From a virus (Duplodnaviria > Caudoviricetes), in IMG/VR virus record IMGVR_UViG_3300037296_000138, positions 1 through 61,305 of that record: 61,305 bases of DNA; one strand, written 5' to 3'. A program made the position numbers and the translations under genes. A model generated the notes under the pieces. The model saw nothing but the letters and a program-made list of their open reading frames with translations, searched no databases and was not told where the DNA came from. Below, piece by piece: positions 17,798-24,852 of the stretch (the stretch's first letter is position 1; every line of letters starts with the position of its first letter).

Positions 17798-18988
17798 ATG
17801 ACCGATTACGTTTTAGCCGACAAACTGCTGGACAAATCCAAGGGGCAGCTCTTCTTCCAGAAGGGCTCCGCCTTCCTTGGTGCCCTGCTGTGCCGCATGA
17901 GCTTCAAATGGGATCCAGAAATCCAGACTGCCCAGACCAACGGGGAAACCCTGATCTGGAATCCTGATTTCTTTATGTCGCTCGACGAACAGACCCGGGT
18001 GACAGTCTTGGCTCACGAGCTGTGGCATGTCGCCTTCCTGCACCCTGTCCGGGGCATGCACCTGGATGGGGAAACCTACAACATCGCTGCAGACCATGTG
18101 ATCAACCTGCTTCTCAAGGAGCACGGCTATTACATGGGAGGATTTCCATACGTCATGGATTCCAAATACAGCGGATGGTCGACCGAGAATATCTATGATG
18201 ACCTCGAGAAGCAGCAGAAGGCTGCTGGGAGCCCGCCTAAGCCCTGTAACGGGGGTGAGGGCGGTCTCGACGGAGACATCATCTACATTGGATCCAAAGG
18301 CTCTGGTGACGAGGACAAGGGCTCTGCCATGACCTCTCAGCAGGTCTCCAACATGATCTCCAAAGTCGTCGGTGCAACCACCGCGGCAAAAATGTCGAAG
18401 GAAGCAGGCCTGATGCCTGGGGAGATCACGCTGGTTCTGGAAAACTTCCTGAACCCGCAGCTCCCCTGGGAAGACATCCTGTTCAATTTCTTCAACGACA
18501 TGGTTGAAATGGAGCGGTCCTATGCACGGCCAAACCGTCGCTATACTGATCCAATCCTTCCGGGCGAATCAGCCCTGACCGGTCTGGAACACCTGATCTA
18601 CTATCTGGATATTTCTGGCTCTGTAACTGATCGGGACATCCTCCGGTTCAACTCCGAGGTGGCATTCATCCACAGCGAGCTCCGTCCACAGCGTCTTACC
18701 TTGGTGACATTCGACACCCAGATCCAAGACGTCTACGAGTTCGAACAGGATGACACCTTTGAGAAGATCGTGGTAACCGGCCGAGGCGGCACAGACCTGC
18801 ATGAAGTTTACAAGCATGCTGCGCTGCACAAGCCCAACGCCATGATCATCTTCACGGACCTCTACGTGTCCATCCCACCGCAACCCCCTGCTTGCCCTCT
18901 TGTGTGGATCTGTCTCGACAATGCCCGGGCAGAAGTCCCATATGGCAAGCTCATCCACATGACTGAGGACAAGAAACGATATGAGTGA
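17798..18988 (+). CDS. Metallopeptidase-vWA protein (DUF2201, N4 gp25-like)
   Basis: LAHELWH, NIAADHVIN, DISGS (MIDAS), GRGGTD, IIFTD. Confidence 0.9.
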   Translation: MTDYVLADKLLDKSKGQLFFQKGSAFLGALLCRMSFKWDPEIQTAQTNGETLIWNPDFFMSLDEQTRVTVLAHELWHVAFLHPVRGMHLDGETYNIAADHVINLLLKEHGYYMGGFPYVMDSKYSGWSTENIYDDLEKQQKAAGSPPKPCNGGEGGLDGDIIYIGSKGSGDEDKGSAMTSQQVSNMISKVVGATTAAKMSKEAGLMPGEITLVLENFLNPQLPWEDILFNFFNDMVEMERSYARPNRRYTDPILPGESALTGLEHLIYYLDISGSVTDRDILRFNSEVAFIHSELRPQRLTLVTFDTQIQDVYEFEQDDTFEKIVVTGRGGTDLHEVYKHAALHKPNAMIIFTDLYVSIPPQPPACPLVWICLDNARAEVPYGKLIHMTEDKKRYE

Positions 18989-19328
18989 AAATGTATTTAC
19001 CTTTGGCTGGATCGGGCAACTGCTCGTTCCAGTCCCCGAGGATGACCATGATTCGGTCTCCGAAAACCTGGATCAGCACAGCCTAGGTATCAACTATGAA
19101 GGCACGCTGATCTATCAGACCACCAAGGAAGGTGACCTGACTGAAGACTTTGGTATGAACGTCATGCCAACTATCTTCATGCACCATTTCACGGCCGCCT
19201 GCCGTGAAGCTAACCAGCATGTCATCAACAATACCTGCCGGCAGTTCGCCGACTTCTGGTATAATGGTTCCGACGCGAGCCATAACGACATCACGCTGGA
19301 GCAGTATCTGAAGCTGATCCATCCATGA
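18981..19328 (+). CDS. Hypothetical protein
   Basis: Overlapping tandem ORF. Confidence 0.7.
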   Translation: MSENVFTFGWIGQLLVPVPEDDHDSVSENLDQHSLGINYEGTLIYQTTKEGDLTEDFGMNVMPTIFMHHFTAACREANQHVINNTCRQFADFWYNGSDASHNDITLEQYLKLIHP

Positions 19329-19774
19329 TCATCAACGGAAAGTCTTTGCTAGAGATTGAACCAGTAGCACCAATGCTGACCGAAAAGCGCAAGTTCCACG
19401 GCCTATCCTATGGCATGTCGGAAGCTGGCTATGACATTCGGATCAAGCAGGAGGTCTGGCTCTATCCTGGCAAACGCTTCTCGCTGGCAAGCTCCATCGA
19501 GAAGTTCCGCATGCCGATCGACTTAGTTGGGATTGTCCATGACAAGTCCACCTGGGCGCGGCGTAAGCTCAGCGTGTTCAACACAGTGATCGAGCCAGGC
19601 TGGGTAGGTTTCCTCACCCTAGAGCTGGTCTATCACGGCTGGCGGCCTCTGCATATTCCGGCTGGCATCGGTATTGCTCAGGTGATCTTTCACCAGACTT
19701 CAGACGACATGCAGTATACTGGCAAATACCAGAATGCTGAAGACCGTCCGCAGTCCCCAATCCTGGAAGGATAA
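19325..19774 (+). CDS. dcd: dCTP deaminase (trimeric dUTPase fold; N4 gp26-like)
   Basis: SYG.SEAGYDIR, DKSTWAR, IEPGW.G.LTLEL, Y.GKYQ. Confidence 0.88.
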   Translation: MIINGKSLLEIEPVAPMLTEKRKFHGLSYGMSEAGYDIRIKQEVWLYPGKRFSLASSIEKFRMPIDLVGIVHDKSTWARRKLSVFNTVIEPGWVGFLTLELVYHGWRPLHIPAGIGIAQVIFHQTSDDMQYTGKYQNAEDRPQSPILEG

Positions 19775-19777
19775 ACC

Positions 19778-20725
19778 ATGTCATCTAAAGACGATATGTT
19801 CGCCAAGATTATTCTCGGCTCGATCGGTGCCACAAACATTCCGATCTATTCAATGCACTGGCACTACCCCCGGCCCATCCATGGCGAAGTCATGACCCAC
19901 AAGGATTTCAGCCGGAACGCTCGCAGCTCCCGTGCTGTGCCTGTGCGGACCATGCTGAACGAGGTGCGAACCAATCCATACGTGCCTTGGCACTGGGGAG
20001 CCAACCAGAAGGGTATGCAGGCCGGCGCCGACAACAGCACTCTGGTGTCTATTCCAACTGAGACAGGTGGTATTCACGACGTAACCCGTGAAGACGCTTG
20101 GCGTAGCGCATCGCGCGCTGCGGCTGCCCATGCAGAAGCGTTCATGGACGCCGAATACCACAAGCAGAACCCAAACCGCTTGCTGGAACCCTTCGCTTGG
20201 ATCGACACCCTGATCACAACCACCAAGCTGGCCAACTTCATGAACCTTCGGGATCATGCGGCTGCCGAGCCTCACTTCCGTGATCTGGCTCAGATGGTAA
20301 AAGAAGCCGTCGATAACCACGGCGACTGCGACTATCTCGAAGACAACGAGTGGCATCAGCCATACATCAACAAAGATGATCATCTGGAGGCGTTGCGTCG
20401 TTTCCCCAATGACTTTGATGCTGGTTCTGCTTGGCTCAACAAGATCTCCTCGGCGCGCTGCGCACGTATCTCCTACAAGCCGTTCGGCGATGGTGATGCG
20501 TCCTACGGGGCAGAGCTTGAGCGCTATGACATGCTGGCCAACGGCGATGCTGTCCATGCCAGCCCGTTCGAGCATCAGGCCAAGCCAGACACACGGGTTA
20601 TCTGCCCTATGACTGGGCAAGCTGAGCGATGGGAAAACCCTGGCCTACACCGCAACCTGACGGGCTGGATACAGAACCGTGCTCTGATCCAAGGCGAATA
20701 TGTGAAGGATGTCTGGCATGGGTAA
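19778..20725 (+). CDS. thyX: FAD-dependent thymidylate synthase
   Basis: THKDFSRNARSSRA, NRLLEPF, ARCARISY, HASPFEHQA. Confidence 0.9.
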   Translation: MSSKDDMFAKIILGSIGATNIPIYSMHWHYPRPIHGEVMTHKDFSRNARSSRAVPVRTMLNEVRTNPYVPWHWGANQKGMQAGADNSTLVSIPTETGGIHDVTREDAWRSASRAAAAHAEAFMDAEYHKQNPNRLLEPFAWIDTLITTTKLANFMNLRDHAAAEPHFRDLAQMVKEAVDNHGDCDYLEDNEWHQPYINKDDHLEALRRFPNDFDAGSAWLNKISSARCARISYKPFGDGDASYGAELERYDMLANGDAVHASPFEHQAKPDTRVICPMTGQAERWENPGLHRNLTGWIQNRALIQGEYVKDVWHG

Positions 20726-21272
20726 GGTCACGGTCATCATCGTCAACGGTCAACCCGGCGCCGGCAAGGACACGTTCATTGATTTTGCAAATCAGCAAAT
20801 CACCCAAGTGGATAAAAATATCTTTGTCAAATCCTACAGCTCGATCGACATTGTCCGAGACAATATTGAGTATTTTGGCGTGGATATTACTCTTAAGACC
20901 CAAAAAGATCGGGATCTTATGTCCAACATAGGTGACCTTCTTGAAGAGCACTCTGGTATTCGCTCCAATCTATGTCATCAAAAGATTGCATCTTGTGTCC
21001 AAATACCACGACCTTCCGTTTTGTTTCTTCACATTCGTGAACCAAAGCTTATCCAAAAGGTAATAGATGCATATAAGGATGTTGTGTACGTGGATTTTAT
21101 CCGCGTTCAGATCAAATCTGATCGCGCACTAAATATTACATCCAACCATTCGGACGCTAACACCGATGATATGGAATATGATTTCGTTGTGAATAACAGC
21201 GGAACCAAGGGTCAGCTATACGATCAGGCCACGGACCTGCTCAGATACGCTCGCCTGTTTTCAGGGATGTAA
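20718..21272 (+). CDS. P-loop nucleotide (dNMP) kinase-like protein
   Basis: NGQPGAGKDT, FLHIRE, NHSD, D.VVNN. Confidence 0.7.
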   Translation: MGKVTVIIVNGQPGAGKDTFIDFANQQITQVDKNIFVKSYSSIDIVRDNIEYFGVDITLKTQKDRDLMSNIGDLLEEHSGIRSNLCHQKIASCVQIPRPSVLFLHIREPKLIQKVIDAYKDVVYVDFIRVQIKSDRALNITSNHSDANTDDMEYDFVVNNSGTKGQLYDQATDLLRYARLFSGM

Positions 21273-21277
21273 TACTT

Positions 21278-21307
21278 CACCACCCGGAGATTTTCTTCGG
21301 GTGGTGA
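21278..21307 (+). terminator. Intergenic stem-loop
   Basis: caccacccggag-atttt-cttcgggtggtg. Confidence 0.5.
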
Positions 21308-21343
21308 GATCCTCCATCAACAAAGAACTTCAATTTAAGGAAT

Positions 21344-22153
21344 ATGGCTATGCGCCTCACACTTTCATCTTTTGCAGCAATCGCCCTCATGGCGTTTGCC
21401 GGTTCCGCATACGCGGATGACCTGACTATCGCCACTGGCAAGGAGGGTGGCGGCTATGACGCAGCAGCTCGCACCGCGGCAACCAAACTGGCCCAGCGCG
21501 GCCATGTAGTAGAAGTCGTCAATCTGAACGGCTCCGACGAAATCACCCTGGCGGTCTGCTCCGGCAATGCCACAGCTGGTTACACCCAGATCGACGCAAT
21601 GGATGCGCGCGCCAAAGAAGGCTGCAACCTGCGTCCACTGTCGAACTATGGTAACGGCGAATATGCTGTGATCCTGTTTCCACCTGACAGCGATCTTGAT
21701 GCGCTGGATGACCTGACCTCGGCGAACGCTGTGTTGGTCGACACGATTGGCTCCGGCACATCCCTATTCTGGGACACCATTGTGCGTATCGAGCAAACTG
21801 ACGGTTCCGGCGATGACTGGTCTGAAGCCCGTGCGGTCAACGATCCGCTGGCAATGGCCGAACCTCTGGCCAACTTTGGTGACATCGACGCAGTCATCAT
21901 GGTTCGCACTGAAGACAGCTCCGACATCAGCAATCTGGTCAGCCGTGGCTGGAAGATGGGCGAACTGTGGGATCGCCAGATCGACGATTACGAATTCAAC
22001 GGCAAGCCGCTGTATGAAGTCGAAAAGAAAACCTTCACCATCAACAGCCGCAAAACCAAAGCCTACACCTACAAGGTGCTCAGCTTTGCCGTGACCACGG
22101 AAGCTACTTCCCGTGACCGCGAATTGTTCGCTGTTCTCGCAGGGTCTATGTAA
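21344..22153 (+). CDS. Secreted TAXI-type TRAP solute-binding-like protein
   Basis: Sec signal ending AYA; LTIATG.EGGGY, GS.E, GSGT motifs of the type 2 periplasmic binding fold. Confidence 0.72.
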   Translation: MAMRLTLSSFAAIALMAFAGSAYADDLTIATGKEGGGYDAAARTAATKLAQRGHVVEVVNLNGSDEITLAVCSGNATAGYTQIDAMDARAKEGCNLRPLSNYGNGEYAVILFPPDSDLDALDDLTSANAVLVDTIGSGTSLFWDTIVRIEQTDGSGDDWSEARAVNDPLAMAEPLANFGDIDAVIMVRTEDSSDISNLVSRGWKMGELWDRQIDDYEFNGKPLYEVEKKTFTINSRKTKAYTYKVLSFAVTTEATSRDRELFAVLAGSM

Positions 22154-22177
22154 TCCAACATAGGCTCGCTTGCCGGT

Positions 22178-22201
22178 GTTCCTTCGCAGGTGCGAAGGAA
22201 C
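22178..22201 (+). terminator. Perfect inverted repeat after the TAXI gene
   Basis: gttccttcgca-gg-tgcgaaggaac. Confidence 0.55.
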
Positions 22202-22320
22202 CGTTCGGCGCTTCGCCCCTTTATTCCATTTGCAATGTCATTGATTTAATGTATTCAAGCTGAGCTAATTGGAATGTCCACGGCATAACGCCAGACTCAA
22301 TTGTAAAAGAAAGAAGAACC

Positions 22321-22680
22321 ATGGAACAATCACCCAACGATAAGCTGCAAGCTATGATCCGAGAACGCAACAATCTGGATGCAACGATTGCAGAGGCGCA
22401 AGCCACAGCCAAAACCGATGCGATCCAGTCGATCAAAGATCTGGTCACCATCAATGACCTGACCCAAGACGAAGTCGTCAAAGCTGCATTCCCAGGCAAC
22501 CGCGGCCGCAAGCCCAAAGGCACAGCTGCCAATGGCGTCACAACCCGCGTTGCTGCTGAACCGAAATACCAAAACCCCAGCGACACGACCCAGACCTGGA
22601 CCGGCAAAGGCCGTCAGCCAAATTGGTTCAAAGAACTCGTCGCCGGCGGCACTGATCCGGAAACTCTCCTGATCGCCTAA
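22321..22680 (+). CDS. hns: H-NS family nucleoid-associated protein
   Basis: N-terminal coiled coil, basic linker, C-terminal PKYQNP...TWTGKGRQPNW signature. Confidence 0.92.
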   Translation: MEQSPNDKLQAMIRERNNLDATIAEAQATAKTDAIQSIKDLVTINDLTQDEVVKAAFPGNRGRKPKGTAANGVTTRVAAEPKYQNPSDTTQTWTGKGRQPNWFKELVAGGTDPETLLIA

Positions 22681-22761
22681 CCCATTTGGGGGCTATCAGC
22701 TCACTCGTGAGGAAGCTAATACCTTCTAAGAATCGGGACCAGTCGGCTCGATCCTCCAAAT

Positions 22762-22792
22762 AAGCCCCTCAGCATCTGCTGGGGGGTTTTTT
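22762..22792 (+). terminator. Intrinsic terminator
   Basis: aagcccctcagca-tc-tgctgggggg followed by tttttt. Confidence 0.85.
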
Positions 22793-22852
22793 CATCTGAG
22801 GTCATCCCTTACAGCAATGGGATCTATCCACAAATGAGAGAGCAGAACCATC

Positions 22853-23041
22853 ATGGATGACATCGACACAGCACAAGAGCTGCAGGAGCTCGTGTTGCGA
22901 AGAACCCTAGAGACCCAACGCCAGAGAACAGAAATTCCTTTTTCTGGTGTTTGCCTGTCTTGCGAAGAACCAATAACCAAAGGCCGCTATTGTGATTCTA
23001 CCTGTCGGGAGGATCATGAAAGTCGCCGCAAACGTAAATAG
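22853..23041 (+). CDS. DksA/TraR-like C4 zinc-finger protein
   Basis: N-terminal DDIDTA; CLSCEEPI...RYCDSTC. Confidence 0.65.
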   Translation: MDDIDTAQELQELVLRRTLETQRQRTEIPFSGVCLSCEEPITKGRYCDSTCREDHESRRKRK

Positions 23042-23054
23042 AATCGGTGATAGT

Positions 23055-24344
23055 ATGCCCCTAAACCTAGGCCAAGAAGCAGGCGAACAAGCCATCTTCC
23101 AATTCCTCCTCTCCCCCGACCCAGAATTCCGTCTATCAGGCGGCCCGGGCACCGGTAAGACATTCATGATGAAGCACGTCATGGACAATGTCATGAAGGA
23201 ATACGAATTGAGCATGCAGCTCCTAGGGATCAAACCTAAGCTGAACTCAGTGCAACTGACTGCCACCACCAACAAGGCGGCCGAAGTCCTGGAACAGGCA
23301 ACGGGGTATCCTGCATCTACAATCCACAGCTTCCTGGGATTGAAGATCAAAGTGAATTTCAGCACCGGCAAGACCTTTGTCGAGAAGCGCACAGATTTCA
23401 AAACCCATTCCGGCGTGCTCCTCTTCGTAGAGGAAGCCTCGATGGTAGACACCCAGCTGAAGGAATTCATCAACGAAGCGATGGATGACACCTGCAAGAT
23501 CATCTACGTCGGTGACCGGTATCAGATGGCTCCCATCACCGAGGACGTCAGCCCTGTCTATTCCGACATCACCAGCAACTATTTCGAGCTCACTCAGCCC
23601 GTCCGTAACGCTGGTCAGCCGGCCTTGGTCGCTCTCTGTGACCAGATGCGCCAGACAGTGATCTCAGGCGTCTTCCAGCCCATTGCAGAGGTGCCAGGGG
23701 TTATCGACTTCATCGACGATGATGGGCTCCAGCACGTCCTCGACACAGCCTACCTGGACGAGAACGTCGACAGCCGGATCCTCTGCTATACGAACCATCG
23801 GGTCGGGCTCTACAACGAGTATGTCCGTGACCTGCGGGGCTACCCTGAGACCTTCACCGTCGGTGAGCTGCTGATCAACAGCACGAACATTGCGGTAGGG
23901 AAATCAGGCCTCAAAGTCGAGGAGCAATACCGTGTCACCAAGGTAAATACCTCGCCTCAGATGGTCGAAATCACTGACGAGGAAAGCCTCAAGTGCTACA
24001 GTATCACCATCGTCAAAGAGGGCTCACAGCTGTTTTTCGAACAGACATTTCTGATCCCCGTCAAGTCCGACGAGAAGAAGAAAATGATGAACCGTCTGAA
24101 GGCAGACCGTAACTGGCAGGCCTTCTACTATCTACAGAACCAATTCCCGGACCTACGTCAAAAGGATGCTTCGACGGTCTGGAAAGCCCAGGGCTCCACA
24201 TTCGATAATGTCATCGTCGATCTGCCCAACATCAGCACCTGTAAGGACTTCATGCAAGTCGCTCGGATGCTGTTCGTCAGCGTATCTCGCCCCCGCAATC
24301 GCATCTACCTATACGGGGACATTGATCCGCTTTTCTTAATCTAG
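23055..24344 (+). CDS. SF1 Dda/RecD-like DNA helicase (N4 gp37-like)
   Basis: GGPGTGKT, ATTNKAA, TIHS, VEEASM, VGDRYQ, KAQGST, VSVSR. Confidence 0.92.
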   Translation: MPLNLGQEAGEQAIFQFLLSPDPEFRLSGGPGTGKTFMMKHVMDNVMKEYELSMQLLGIKPKLNSVQLTATTNKAAEVLEQATGYPASTIHSFLGLKIKVNFSTGKTFVEKRTDFKTHSGVLLFVEEASMVDTQLKEFINEAMDDTCKIIYVGDRYQMAPITEDVSPVYSDITSNYFELTQPVRNAGQPALVALCDQMRQTVISGVFQPIAEVPGVIDFIDDDGLQHVLDTAYLDENVDSRILCYTNHRVGLYNEYVRDLRGYPETFTVGELLINSTNIAVGKSGLKVEEQYRVTKVNTSPQMVEITDEESLKCYSITIVKEGSQLFFEQTFLIPVKSDEKKKMMNRLKADRNWQAFYYLQNQFPDLRQKDASTVWKAQGSTFDNVIVDLPNISTCKDFMQVARMLFVSVSRPRNRIYLYGDIDPLFLI

Positions 24345-24353
24345 GAGGCCATC

Positions 24354-24851
24354 ATGTCTAACCCATACCTAGCTCTCCTGGACCCATTGATTCACTCCTT
24401 GATGGGTCCAGAACACAAGCGTTTTCAGGGCATCGCAAACGATCTCGTGAAGAAGAACCATCGCCTCGGCAACGGGGAGTTTGGATTTTACTTCATGGGG
24501 AAACGCTACACGACTCACCATGCAGACTTCCTCGTCGGCATGACCTTGCCCAACATCCACCCCGAGCTTATAGAGGACGTTCGGTTCCTCATTGCAGACA
24601 TCGAAAAAGCCGAGCGGGATACGAAAAAGCTTTCCCAATCGCTGTCCGTTGTCCTACCAAAATGCAGCACGAACCAAGAAGTCCGGGATACTCTTCCGGA
24701 GGTATTTATTCGTGACGTTCCGGTATTGCGATCACTCGAGCGCAAACATCCGGAAGGTTTCATTTTGGAGAAGTTCCCTATGCTGAAACGGCAATACGAC
24801 AAAGCAGTCGAGATCGCTGAATACTATATGGCCAGCAAGTTGGTCTACTAG
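24354..24851 (+). CDS. Hypothetical protein (N4 gp38 position)
   Basis: AGGAGG RBS; synteny. Confidence 0.8.
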   Translation: MSNPYLALLDPLIHSLMGPEHKRFQGIANDLVKKNHRLGNGEFGFYFMGKRYTTHHADFLVGMTLPNIHPELIEDVRFLIADIEKAERDTKKLSQSLSVVLPKCSTNQEVRDTLPEVFIRDVPVLRSLERKHPEGFILEKFPMLKRQYDKAVEIAEYYMASKLVY

Positions 24852-24852
24852 G

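Noticed and set aside
16766-18988. AAA+/vWA-peptidase pair as a novel system
   Set aside because: A conserved N4 gp24/gp25 module; its function is unclear but it is not new
22685-22760. Canonical tRNA-Ala or tmRNA
   Set aside because: No 7-bp acceptor stem, anticodon arm or TTC T-loop; retained only as a candidate structured RNA
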